From the sequence record MW349128.1: DNA of 64,000 nucleotides; one strand, written 5' to 3'. The stretch is from Staphylococcus phage Machias. Every line of letters starts with the position of its first letter. Within the stretch, counting starts at the first letter, position 1. The position numbers and the translations under genes are program-made. The notes under the pieces were generated by a model. The model did no database searches. It saw only the letters and a program-made list of their open reading frames with translations, and was not told the DNA's origin. This document shows positions 39,372 through 49,508 of the stretch, one piece after another.

Positions 39372-41594
39372 ATGGAAAATTTTGTAAAAGATGAGATAGA
39401 AAAATTATTTAATGTAACTATATATAATAAAGAATTTTGTGATTTAGATGTTATGTACAATAGAAAAGATACGAATACTAGAACCTTTTTAACTGATAAT
39501 TTGAAAAGTAGAATAGAAGAAAATTTAATTAATCTCATTAGATACTCGTATGGTGATGTCAAACAAAAAGTAATGGTTAGAGATAATGAATATAGAAAAA
39601 ATTATAAAGATTTTTTAATGAACCATCCTGATATTAATACAGAAGGTTTATTGGATGAAAATGAAGAAGGTATTTCTATTTTTAGAGATCCGTATGGTGA
39701 TAACAGCACAATAAGAGATTCAGATATTATAAATAATGTAAATAGACGTGAGGATATTTTTACAAATAAAGGTGAACGACTAGATAATGGTACTAAATTA
39801 AAAGATACTTTTGTACTTAGAAATATGTCTATAAATTATAATAATGTAATTACGGATAGATTAGAAACTGATATAAAATTCTTCCAATCTGATTCCTTTA
39901 TTGATGAAAATAATAAAATATCTGAATTATCTTTTGAAAATATATTATGTATTGATGAGACAGTATCTATTAGGGAAAGAAGAAAATGGTATAAATCAAT
40001 AGAAAAAGAATCCATTCCAAATATGAATATCATATATAAATATGTACCAGAGGTAATGAAATTTATAGCTACAGGTATATATAAAACTACTAACTTTAAA
40101 CCAGATATATACCACTTTATTGGATTAGAATATTTATTGTTTGTAGGTGCATATAGAGGATATAACAGAAACAGTTATTATTCTCTTGCAAATCTAATGA
40201 TGTTATTAAATAATTTAATTAGAGTTAATGATATCAATAATATTATTGATGATCAAAAATTAAAATATTCTGATTTTAGAAAAAGATTGGATAGAAATGT
40301 AATTGAAATTAAAAAAGATAAAAATATATCATTAGAAGGATTCATGATACAAAGAAATGATTTAAATAAAAGAATTTTAAGTGAATTTAATGATGTTCTT
40401 AATAAATTAAATAAAAATTTAGATATTAATGAGAATATAAAAATTGGTTTTAATAATACCTTAGATAAATCAATTGAAGAAGTTATTAAAGATAATAATT
40501 CAGGTATTTCTAGTTATACAATTGATAAAGTTAAAGAAAAATACAATAATATATTATCTAGTATTATTGATGAAATTAAAAACTCTATAGGTTATATAAA
40601 TCAAGAAAATATAATTAATTATTTCCTTGATGAAAAAGCTAATGAAAAAGTAGAACAATTAGATGATTTTGAAATTAGAATTTTTAATAAATATAATTCT
40701 TTAACGAATCTAAGCAATGAAGATAAATTTTATATTAAAGATTTAAATGATGAAAATCTTATAAGAAAGTTAATTGAAGTTATTAAAAAATATAATAAAA
40801 AAATAGATATTGACGCAACTAATATTGATTTCAGTAAATTAAAAGATTCAACATATGATTTAATTAGTTCTCTTGAAAATGATAATTTTATGAAAATAAC
40901 GATGTCTCCTTCTTTAGATAATATAGATTATTTCACTAAAATGTGTATTAAAGATATAAATGAATTTGATAGAGATTATTTAATTAAAAATTACAAAAAG
41001 ATTTTTGAAGAAATAGACAGTAAGAAAAATGATCATAAAAATATAATAAGTGTTAGTCTAGACAATTTTATAATTAACTTTAATAAATTTACTGGTTTTG
41101 GATCGAATAATATATTAACTGAAAGTGTTAGAATTATTAATAATGATCTAAGTATTGAGGATGTATCATTAATATTCTTAATTTCAATTAATGGATTTAA
41201 ACAAGAAAATGAAGATTTAGAAATTACAAGTACAGATAATATGATTTCTTCATTTAGAGAGGAAGTAGATTATAAAGGACAAACAACTTCATTGAATGCA
41301 ATTAAAAATATATTTATAGACGGTAATTATGAGTCTATTTCAAATATACTTTTACTATTATTTGGAAATATTAATTTCAACCAACCGTATAATAATTTTT
41401 ATTTAGAAAAGCTTAATACAAGTTCAAAATATTTCTTAAATTCAGAATTTGCTTACAAAGATAATGAAGGTAAAATTAAAAGTGGAAGTTTCAATAATTT
41501 CATTAAAGATAATAAAGATAATTTAAATTCTGAAGTATTGAATAAATTTAGAAAATACAGAACTAAATACCTAGCAAGAAATATATTTTTATAA
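39372..41594 (+). CDS. hypothetical protein (740 aa), extremely N/K/I-rich
   Basis: Long ORF; no motifs. Confidence 0.45.
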   Translation: MENFVKDEIEKLFNVTIYNKEFCDLDVMYNRKDTNTRTFLTDNLKSRIEENLINLIRYSYGDVKQKVMVRDNEYRKNYKDFLMNHPDINTEGLLDENEEGISIFRDPYGDNSTIRDSDIINNVNRREDIFTNKGERLDNGTKLKDTFVLRNMSINYNNVITDRLETDIKFFQSDSFIDENNKISELSFENILCIDETVSIRERRKWYKSIEKESIPNMNIIYKYVPEVMKFIATGIYKTTNFKPDIYHFIGLEYLLFVGAYRGYNRNSYYSLANLMMLLNNLIRVNDINNIIDDQKLKYSDFRKRLDRNVIEIKKDKNISLEGFMIQRNDLNKRILSEFNDVLNKLNKNLDINENIKIGFNNTLDKSIEEVIKDNNSGISSYTIDKVKEKYNNILSSIIDEIKNSIGYINQENIINYFLDEKANEKVEQLDDFEIRIFNKYNSLTNLSNEDKFYIKDLNDENLIRKLIEVIKKYNKKIDIDATNIDFSKLKDSTYDLISSLENDNFMKITMSPSLDNIDYFTKMCIKDINEFDRDYLIKNYKKIFEEIDSKKNDHKNIISVSLDNFIINFNKFTGFGSNNILTESVRIINNDLSIEDVSLIFLISINGFKQENEDLEITSTDNMISSFREEVDYKGQTTSLNAIKNIFIDGNYESISNILLLLFGNINFNQPYNNFYLEKLNTSSKYFLNSEFAYKDNEGKIKSGSFNNFIKDNKDNLNSEVLNKFRKYRTKYLARNIFL

Positions 41595-41603
41595 ATATGA
41601 TTT

Positions 41604-41620
41604 AAATATATATTATAAAA
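41604..41620 (+). promoter_or_regulatory. Conserved promoter-like motif AAATATATATTATAAAA (copy 1 of 5)
   Basis: Exact 17-mer recurring upstream of rightward genes. Confidence 0.45.
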
Positions 41621-41634
41621 ATGTAATAATTAGA

Positions 41635-41662
41635 GTGTAATATCATTAATTTGATATTACAC
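41635..41662 (+). other. Perfect hairpin between the promoter-like motif and the RBS
   Basis: GTGTAATATCA-ttaattt-TGATATTACAC; could terminate the upstream gene or be a 5'-UTR structure. Confidence 0.35.
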
Positions 41663-41692
41663 TATTTTAATTTATAAGGAGATGAAATAGAT

Positions 41693-42937
41693 ATGGTAGA
41701 AGATTTATATGAAAATGATATATTTATCTTTGATTTAAAAAATAATGATTTAAATGAAGATGATAAATATATGGTTAATAAGTTTATTACAAATTTGTTC
41801 TATAGATATTCACTTGCAGAAGGTATAGATAATTTGAATATTTTAAATTCAAAAGAAGTAAAAATAAATGATAATATTAAGATTATCAAAATAAGAAATT
41901 TTAATAATTTAAAAAATGGTGACATATTAGCTTCATTAATATTAAATTATTACCATACTGAAAATTTAGATTTAAAAGAAATATTAAAGGATAATTTAAT
42001 TAAAGAAATAAATATGGAAGATAATTATTATATGAATAAAGATATAAATGTATTAATTAAATTTATGTATATCAGTAAATTTACTTATGATAATGATTTA
42101 AATGAAATTAATATTGATATAGATGAATATTTCTCTAACGAAACAGATATTGCATATATAGTTAAATTAATAAAAGATGAAGATATGAACTTCTTTAAAG
42201 AGAACACACATATAATGAGTTTAAAGTATATTAATGAAATAGGTATAACTCAATTATTTAATAAAATATTTTATACTAAATCTTTTAATAAAGATAAAGA
42301 AGAAAAATTTATTAAAACCGTAATTGATTATATTTATACTGGAACTAAAAATAAAACGTACAGTAATAAAATATTAATTATGAATGAGTTGTATGGTGTA
42401 TTTGGAAGAAAATATAAAAAACCTAGTAACGATATATTAAATTATATTGAAAATACAGTGGATAATATCATTAAGAATAAAGTTAAAGATAGTAAATATA
42501 AAGAATTTGATAAAAAGTATTTAATTGAAAGAATAAGAATTTTTAATAGAAATATAAAAGATATAGGTGTTTATAATAGAATAGATAATTATTTAAAATA
42601 TGATAAAGAAACTTACTTAGGTGATAATGATGATATAGTTAAAGCATTCTTTTTCAATAATTATCAATATGATAGTATTTTTCGTTTATGTGTAATATTT
42701 AAAAATAAATTACCTGAAAAGGAAAATGTTGAAGAATTCTTTATTAAATTATTAGATTTAATTAATAAAAATACAACTACAACAGAGAAGAAAAAACTTA
42801 TGAAAGATATTTTAAACCCTAGTTTTAATAATATTGATAAATTTAAATATAACGATCCAAGCTTTTTAGTTAGTAAATCTAAAGGAGAGCTTAAGAGAAT
42901 AATCATGCACAATACAGTTAAGAAAACATTTATTTAA
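41693..42937 (+). CDS. hypothetical protein (414 aa)
   Basis: RBS aaggagatg. Confidence 0.45.
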   Translation: MVEDLYENDIFIFDLKNNDLNEDDKYMVNKFITNLFYRYSLAEGIDNLNILNSKEVKINDNIKIIKIRNFNNLKNGDILASLILNYYHTENLDLKEILKDNLIKEINMEDNYYMNKDINVLIKFMYISKFTYDNDLNEINIDIDEYFSNETDIAYIVKLIKDEDMNFFKENTHIMSLKYINEIGITQLFNKIFYTKSFNKDKEEKFIKTVIDYIYTGTKNKTYSNKILIMNELYGVFGRKYKKPSNDILNYIENTVDNIIKNKVKDSKYKEFDKKYLIERIRIFNRNIKDIGVYNRIDNYLKYDKETYLGDNDDIVKAFFFNNYQYDSIFRLCVIFKNKLPEKENVEEFFIKLLDLINKNTTTTEKKKLMKDILNPSFNNIDKFKYNDPSFLVSKSKGELKRIIMHNTVKKTFI

Positions 42938-42956
42938 AAGAAAGAGGTTATGCGAT

Positions 42957-43679
42957 ATGTTAGTAAAGGAGAATAAAGAAGTGAAGTTAAAGAATAGAGA
43001 CAGTATACGTATAGATCAATTAATGACAATTAATTTAAATGATCCATCTTCAAAGAATATTATTACTTTTCAGTTATTACTGGAAAGTAATATTTTAAGT
43101 TGTTATATTAAAGATAATCTAGATAAAACGTTATTTACTAAAAATGAGTTAAACAAATATGAAGAATTTATAAATTATACCATAGACAATTTTGAATCTG
43201 AAGGTATAAGAATTAATGGAAAAGAGGATAAATTTTTAACTGATCTATTAAGAAAAGCATCAATTAAAAGATTAGTTAAAATGGTAGACTCTGATACTAT
43301 GATTATTAATGATAAATATCTATTTATTAATCGATTAATTAATATAGGAACTAAAATTAAAGAAGATGATTCCAAGTATATTTCGGATGTAATATACATC
43401 AATTTTAAAGATGAAGTTAATCAAAATAAATTAAATAAAATTATATTAAATCCTAATTTACAATCTGTAATAGAATATCTAATTCATAGGAATTTAATTA
43501 AAGAAATTGATGAAAAAATATTATACAAATGGATTATGTTTTTAGATGAGAATATTAGTAAATGTAAAAGTACTGTATATTATAGGTTAAATCATAGCTT
43601 AGTTAGTTTAATAAATAAGTATAATAATATACAAGAAGCTAAAGGTTATTTAGGATATGAAAGATTAGAATTAGAATGA
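42957..43679 (+). CDS. hypothetical protein (240 aa)
   Basis: RBS agaggtt. Confidence 0.4.
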   Translation: MLVKENKEVKLKNRDSIRIDQLMTINLNDPSSKNIITFQLLLESNILSCYIKDNLDKTLFTKNELNKYEEFINYTIDNFESEGIRINGKEDKFLTDLLRKASIKRLVKMVDSDTMIINDKYLFINRLINIGTKIKEDDSKYISDVIYINFKDEVNQNKLNKIILNPNLQSVIEYLIHRNLIKEIDEKILYKWIMFLDENISKCKSTVYYRLNHSLVSLINKYNNIQEAKGYLGYERLELE

Positions 43680-43733
43680 TTTAATATTTTTAGATATTAT
43701 TATAGATAACTTTAAATAAGGAGAGAATAAATA

Positions 43734-43946
43734 ATGAACCCATCCAGTCCAACTAGTCCTCTAAACCCAGCTAATCCAGCTAGTCCAACTAATCCTGCAA
43801 ATATGTCAGATCATAATAATAATAGCCTTAACGAATCATTATTTAACTTTCCAGATTCTTTCTTAGAGTTTATAATAACGTTTGGTGTGTTAACAATTAT
43901 TTTATTTGGTATTTTCTTTGCAATTTCATTTATTAGAAATTATTAA
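43734..43946 (+). CDS. Small membrane protein with N-terminal Pro-rich tandem repeats and one C-terminal TM helix
   Basis: SPTSPLNPANPASPTNPAN repeats; FIITFGVLTIILFGIFFAISFI hydrophobic segment; RBS aaggagag. Confidence 0.45.
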   Translation: MNPSSPTSPLNPANPASPTNPANMSDHNNNSLNESLFNFPDSFLEFIITFGVLTIILFGIFFAISFIRNY

Positions 43947-43954
43947 AATATATT

Positions 43955-43990
43955 CCCCTAATACTATTAATTTAGTATTAGGGGAAAATT
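43955..43990. terminator. Bidirectional terminator
   Basis: CCCCTAATACTA-ttaatt-TAGTATTAGGGG. Confidence 0.6.
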
Positions 43991-43998
43991 ATTATTTT

Positions 43999-44274
43999 TT
44001 ATTTCTTACTGTCTAATTCAGCTAATTTTAATTTAGCTTTAGTCGCATATTTTTGACGGATTATATCACGCCATTTTTTACGAGCACGAGCAGCTTTTTG
44101 ATATTTAAAGTAAATTGGATCTTGAGCTTCTTTAGCAGCAACTAAAGCTAATTGGTTCAATCTACGTTTACGTTTAGTTTGTTCATCTAAACGCATGATA
44201 TTTTGCTCACGTAAAAGAGCTTCATCAGTAGCTTTCATAATTTGCTCTTCTAGTGGAGATAAATTATTAGACAA
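43999..44274 (-). CDS. small basic protein (91 aa)
   Basis: K/R-rich ORF on the minus strand. Confidence 0.4.
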   Translation of the reverse strand: MSNNLSPLEEQIMKATDEALLREQNIMRLDEQTKRKRRLNQLALVAAKEAQDPIYFKYQKAARARKKWRDIIRQKYATKAKLKLAELDSKK

Positions 44275-44406
44275 AATATTTCACATCTCTTTCTTAGATT
44301 TATTTAGTTTATTAATAAATAGTATGTTTTGTTAATGATAGTTTAAAAATTTTAATAATAAAGAATAACTAGATTTTTATAATTATGTAGGAGGTTAGTA
44401 AACCAA

Positions 44407-45430
44407 ATGACAACAGAATTAAAGAATAAAGAAGAAAGAAAAAGAGCTTTAACTGGATATTTAGAACAATTGGTATGGATGGTTCAAAAGAATAATCCTG
44501 ATTTTGATAAAGAAGAAATATTAAAAGAATGTAGAGAATTTGTAAAAGAAAATGTTAAACCTGTTATGACAGAGGTATCAGGTCAAGAAATGAATGTTGA
44601 TTCTTTATTACGTACAGTTATTAATTCAAATTTAATAGTAACTGGATCAGGTTCGATTTATCAAACACAATCACAAAGAAAAAATTTAAATGCAGAGATG
44701 TTAAAAGACTTCATTGATTCACGTAAAGTAGCTAAACATAATATGTTTATAAGTAAAGGTGTAGACGATGTTAAATATCATAAATATATGAATGAACAAA
44801 AAACAATTAAGATCTTGGCTAATAGTTACTATGGTGCTATGATACAAGGAAATAGTATTTTCTATGATCCTTATTCAGGACCTGCTATCACATATAGTGG
44901 TGTTGATATTGTTACGACTTCAGCAATAGCTTTAGAAAGATTTATAGGTAGTAAAATATTCTTTATGAATATTAGTGAGATTTATAATTATATCGTAAGA
45001 ATATGTCAAGAAGAATATAAAGATCATGATATTAAGATAAATTCAGTTCCTACTGATAATGAAATATTAAAAGGTTTATTGGATAACGTAGAATATAATT
45101 TCTCTGAAGATGAAGAAAATGATTTAAAAGAATTCTTTAGTAATTTAACTCAAGATGAGAAAAATAGAGTTTATTTTAAAAATAATCTTTATGGTTTATT
45201 AGATCACACTGATATATTTGATAATAAAATTAGTAAAATGACAGGTAGAGAAGATTTCTTAGATCCGAACGAACCACCTGAAGATATGATACCATTATTA
45301 GATGAATTATTTGATATATTAGAAGACTGGGTTATTTATAATTATCAAGATTACAATAGAATGTATAGAATGAATTATAAAAAACGTAGAAGTGTACTTA
45401 CAATCGATTATGATAACATGGTCGCTGCTT
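44407..45430 (+). CDS. Family-B DNA polymerase, C-terminal half, exon 1 (motif B to motif C); no exonuclease/motif-A region in this gene
   Basis: Kx3NSxYG motif KILANSYYGAM; following IFYDPYSGPAITYSGVD (compare RB69 FRYYDLRNATAITTFGQ); motif-C-like VLTIDYDNM at the very end; strong RBS taggaggt means it is an independent start. Confidence 0.65.
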
Positions 45431-45591
45431 AAAGTAATTTAAGTTGATTCACATTATTAATTGCTGAGAAAGTATTTATTAAATTAATCAGCATCAATCA
45501 ATATGATTGTTCAACGACTAAATATAATGATACTCATAAAGAGTATATGATATAGTCTATTTTATATTTAAAAATATAATATTAAAGACAG
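45431..45591 (+). mobile_element. Mini group I intron polB-IA (3' end uncertain: 45591, 45603 or 45612)
   Basis: 5' aaagtaatttaagttgat..., P TTAATTGCTGAG, Q TTAATCAGCATC, R GTTCAACGACTAAAT, S ATGATATAGTCTAT; the in-frame continuation has no stops. Confidence 0.6.
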
Positions 45592-45840
45592 ATAGTAACT
45601 TCGTACATTTAGATCCATTATATCAAAAAATGAAAGAAAAGAAACCTGAAGATTTCCCTATTGCAGAAAATGGTTTAGAAGATAAATTAGAACAACGTGT
45701 AGGTAATATATCTATTATTAACTATCAAATTACTAAATTGCTAGAATTATCTTATCATAGATTCTGTAAAGATTTAGGATTAGAAGATGAACATTTAGGT
45801 GTTATATCTATGAAAAATGAGTATGTAAATGCTCCAGTAT
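45592..45840 (+). CDS. DNA polymerase B exon 2 (~83 aa)
   Basis: Open frame ...LDPLYQKMKEKKPEDF...NEYVNAPV joining exon 1 and exon 3 in frame. Confidence 0.55.
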
Positions 45841-45996
45841 ACAGTAATGTGTATTAGTAAATATTATTAATTGCTGAGACAAAATAAAATTAATCAGCAT
45901 CTTCAAATAATGAAGTTCAACGACTAAATATAATAATTCTTAATAATAAAGAATATGATATAGTCTAGTCTTATATTTAAAATATAAGTATAAACG
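45841..45996 (+). mobile_element. Mini group I intron polB-IB
   Basis: 5' acagtaatgtgtatt..., full P/Q/R/S set; 3' end ...ataaacG|; the E2(t)+tt+E3 junction reads ...NAPV-F-LLDKQ in frame. Confidence 0.65.
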
Positions 45997-46697
45997 TTTT
46001 ACTTGACAAACAGTTAACAACAGATAAAAAGAAAACTTATGCTTCATCAGTAATTCAACAAGAGGGTAATTTAGTTCAACCACCAGACTTAGATGTTAAA
46101 GGTATGGCTATTAGAAAAGTTAATACTAATAAACGTATTAGAGAATTATTTACTGAAATATTACAAAAAGATATCTTAGAAAATAAAACTGGAATTGATA
46201 GAATTGGAATTATACGTAAATATAAAGAAATTGAAGAAATGATTAAAAAATCATTAGAGAATGGTGATATTGAATTCTTAAAACCTGGTAAAGCTAATAA
46301 CGCAGAAGTATATAAAGATCCTTATACACAAATGAATTATAGAGCAGCTTTATCATGGAATTTAATGTATCCAGATAAAGAAATATCTCTTCCAGCAAAT
46401 ATCTTAATGGTTAAATTAAATATTAAATCATTTGGAGATATTAAGGATAAAGTTGATGATGAAGAATTATTAGATAAATTTAGAGAAGTATTTAGAAACG
46501 AAAGATTAGTTAAAAATGGAATGAATGTAATTGCAGTTGAAGGTAATACAATTCCTGAAGAATTTAGACCTTTTATTGATTATGATTCAATGATAGAAGA
46601 TCATATTAAACCAGGTAAAGATATTATTGAATCTATTGGAGTTAAAGTGTTAGAATCTTCAAATAGTTCTTTCGTATCAAATATGGTTAAATTTTAA
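45997..46697 (+). CDS. DNA polymerase B exon 3 (C-terminal thumb; KGxxxRK = KKRY-like motif)
   Basis: ...PPDLDVKGMAIRKVNTNKR... in the same frame as the track ORF 46104-46697, open upstream to the splice site. Confidence 0.6.
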
Positions 46698-46720
46698 AAA
46701 AAAAAAGGAGGGTATATTTA

Positions 46721-47224
46721 ATGAGATACTTTTTATTTAAACCTAAAAAGTTTCAAGAACTATTTGAAACTGAAAAGAAATTATCATCTGTCTTTGAATA
46801 TTATAGAGATATGAAAAAAGATATTGTATTTAAAGTTGATGAAAATGATGATATTTTTATGATGTTATATAATATTTTAAGTGATGAAATATTACCTTTT
46901 ATAAGATGTAAAGTATACAATAAAAAAGATGGAGAAATACTAAAAGCATCAGAATTATATGTCCCTATTAGTTTGGATATTCATAAAGAAATAAATATAA
47001 ATAAAAATAGTATAGAGTATGATTCTAACATGCCTTATAAACATGGTTTAATTGAATGTCCATCTATTGACGAAGATAATACTAACAATTATCTTCGTTT
47101 AAATTTTCAATATAATGACAAAGATGATTATTTTTATATTTACTTAAATGATATTTATGCTATTTTTGAAGAGATAGATAAAACAGAATTTATGAAAATA
47201 GAAACTAAAAAGAATTTTATGTAG
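46721..47224 (+). CDS. hypothetical protein (167 aa)
   Basis: RBS aaaggaggg. Confidence 0.45.
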   Translation: MRYFLFKPKKFQELFETEKKLSSVFEYYRDMKKDIVFKVDENDDIFMMLYNILSDEILPFIRCKVYNKKDGEILKASELYVPISLDIHKEININKNSIEYDSNMPYKHGLIECPSIDEDNTNNYLRLNFQYNDKDDYFYIYLNDIYAIFEEIDKTEFMKIETKKNFM

Positions 47225-47283
47225 ATTGAAAAAATTTATTATTTTCATATAAAAATTCTTGCTTAATTTTTAATTTTATGTTA

Positions 47284-47300
47284 AAATATATATTATAAAA
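47284..47300 (+). promoter_or_regulatory. Promoter-like motif AAATATATATTATAAAA (copy 2)
   Basis: Exact 17-mer, 62 nt upstream of the 47362 start. Confidence 0.45.
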
Positions 47301-47361
47301 ACGAGAATATGTCACTATTAAAATTAAACTTATTCTTAATAAATTTGGAGAGTGAAAAGAA

Positions 47362-48672
47362 ATGGCAAAACAATCAGATGTATTTAGTAAAAAGAAATCA
47401 TTATATAGAAAAAATGGTAGAAAAATACCTTCTAAGTTTAGAAAGATGGATGTAGATGGTACTTGGTTTTATAGATTTGATCATAATAGATTTATCATTG
47501 ATAATTTAACTAGATTTATGGAAGATAAAGAATTAAAAAAATTATTAAATGATTATAGAAATAATTATGATAATAAAGAAAAATTTAATAATGATTGTTA
47601 CTTCTTTGAATTAGATAAAGATATACCTAAATTAAATAAATCTCAATTAAAGATATTCTTCACTCATTTATCTAGAAAACATATTGGAAAAGATTTCTTA
47701 AAAAATATTACTTTGAAAGATAATTCTAAATTAGAAATAAAAGAATTTGATGATTTAGAAATATGGTCAAGAGAACCTGATAAAGAAGAAGTATATGACG
47801 TTGGTTATCTTGATATGAAAGATTATAGAATGATTGCTCATATTGATCATGAAAATGAAGAAATTGTTATTCATACAGATATTGAAGAAGAAAATCCAAA
47901 ATCATATAGTACTTTAATTAGTTCTTTAGAATCAATTGAAATTGATGATTATTATGAAGATATTAGCTCTGATGAAATAAGAATTAAATTAAATGACTTT
48001 AATTTAAGAAAAGTATTTAATAAGACTAATAGTAAAATATTTAAAGTTATTTTACCAGTTACTTATAATTATGAAGGTTTTGATGATCAAGTGTCCTTCT
48101 TATTTGATAATTTCAGTAAAACATATATTAAACAACTTGAAAAAGAAGAATACGATAAGAAAATGCCTATCGGAGGACAACCTTATCATTTAAGACCTGA
48201 AAATAGACCTTATTATGCTAAACGTAGAATAATTAAAGATTGGAATATTTATGAAATATTTGATGAAGATAAAGATGGATATAAATTATTCAGTGTTAAA
48301 GATGATCAAGGGTTTATTTATTTAATATACTATATTGGTAAGAATTATCATGGTAAAGGTATAATAGTTAACGGTAAAGAATCTCCAGAACTTCAAGATC
48401 CGTCTAATTATAGAAAATCAGTTAAATTAAAAGATATTTATTACAGTGTATTAATTTCACAAGCTAAATATAATCTAATGAAGAAAAATAAATTTGATAT
48501 TTATACAGCTTTTGATACATCCAACCCTAAATATATGACAATTTCAGATGAAGAAAATATTCATACAACTGATTTCTTAATACCTGAAAGACCATTTAAA
48601 ATTAGACAAACTAAATTTAGAGAAGATAAAATATCAAATTTAAAAGATAAATTCGTAGAGGAGTTTGAATAG
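47362..48672 (+). CDS. hypothetical protein (436 aa)
   Basis: RBS ggagagtg. Confidence 0.45.
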   Translation: MAKQSDVFSKKKSLYRKNGRKIPSKFRKMDVDGTWFYRFDHNRFIIDNLTRFMEDKELKKLLNDYRNNYDNKEKFNNDCYFFELDKDIPKLNKSQLKIFFTHLSRKHIGKDFLKNITLKDNSKLEIKEFDDLEIWSREPDKEEVYDVGYLDMKDYRMIAHIDHENEEIVIHTDIEEENPKSYSTLISSLESIEIDDYYEDISSDEIRIKLNDFNLRKVFNKTNSKIFKVILPVTYNYEGFDDQVSFLFDNFSKTYIKQLEKEEYDKKMPIGGQPYHLRPENRPYYAKRRIIKDWNIYEIFDEDKDGYKLFSVKDDQGFIYLIYYIGKNYHGKGIIVNGKESPELQDPSNYRKSVKLKDIYYSVLISQAKYNLMKKNKFDIYTAFDTSNPKYMTISDEENIHTTDFLIPERPFKIRQTKFREDKISNLKDKFVEEFE

Positions 48673-48675
48673 TAT

Positions 48676-49410
48676 ATGGAGGATAATGAATATATGTATA
48701 CAGAAGATGAAATGAATACAGGTCATATAGTTGCGGATTGTGATGAAGTTTTAGTCAATATATCGCCAAAGATAGTTCAATTAATGCATGAAGATTATGA
48801 ATATTATAATCAATTCTTTAGATTATCTGAAGATTTTGATTATAATAAACATTATGATGTAATATTAAGTAGACCTGAATACTATATAGATCAATGGTTA
48901 GTTAGAAAAGATGTTTATAATAACTTTTCAGAAAAAGAAGTTAATGAAGCAAGAGAAAGACTACAAAATGAAATTATATTTAAAAAAGATTTATATGATG
49001 AACTTCAACCAACTAATTTAGGTAGAAGTTTATCATATACCATTAATACACCGTTAATGAATAAATTAACTATCGTTACTAAAACTTCAGATAATAATCT
49101 AAAATCTAAAGAGAAGTTTTTAAAAACTTTATTTAGAGGAAGTATGGATAAAGTTGATATATTCTACTTAGAACCAGATGAGAAAAAATCTGATGTGATT
49201 AATTCTTTAGGATATGTTACTAGAATATATGAAGATGAAGTAAGTAATATTAGTGATATTATAAAGAACTGTCAAAATGTAACACAAACAGGAATTGATA
49301 TTCCTTCATTGGGATATAATCAAGATATCGATGAAGGAACGATATTAAAAGCTAAAGAAAAGAAAATTGATTTAAACTATTTCAGTTATATGGGACAAAG
49401 TATTAAATAA
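48676..49410 (+). CDS. HAD-superfamily 5'(3')-deoxyribonucleotidase-like protein (NT5C-like)
   Basis: N-terminal HIVADCDEVLVNISPKIV resembles HAD motif I (DxDxV) of NT5C-family enzymes. Confidence 0.4.
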   Translation: MEDNEYMYTEDEMNTGHIVADCDEVLVNISPKIVQLMHEDYEYYNQFFRLSEDFDYNKHYDVILSRPEYYIDQWLVRKDVYNNFSEKEVNEARERLQNEIIFKKDLYDELQPTNLGRSLSYTINTPLMNKLTIVTKTSDNNLKSKEKFLKTLFRGSMDKVDIFYLEPDEKKSDVINSLGYVTRIYEDEVSNISDIIKNCQNVTQTGIDIPSLGYNQDIDEGTILKAKEKKIDLNYFSYMGQSIK

Positions 49411-49419
49411 ACAAATAAT

Positions 49420-49470
49420 CCATGTTTGACAAATTCAAGTCAAACATGGATTTATTATAATTTTTTTTTT
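49420..49470 (+). terminator. Rho-independent terminator
   Basis: CCATGTTTGAC-aaattcaa-GTCAAACATGG followed by T10. Confidence 0.65.
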
Positions 49471-49508
49471 ATAAAAATTGACATTGAGGAAGGAAATTAA
49501 AATGAAAA

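Noticed and set aside
45630-45857. Track ORFs 45630-45857, 46104-46697 and 51150-51365 as independent small genes
   Set aside because: They lack RBSs and begin inside intron 3' ends. Their translations continue conserved PolB or beta-prime sequence in frame with the upstream exons, so they are treated as exons.
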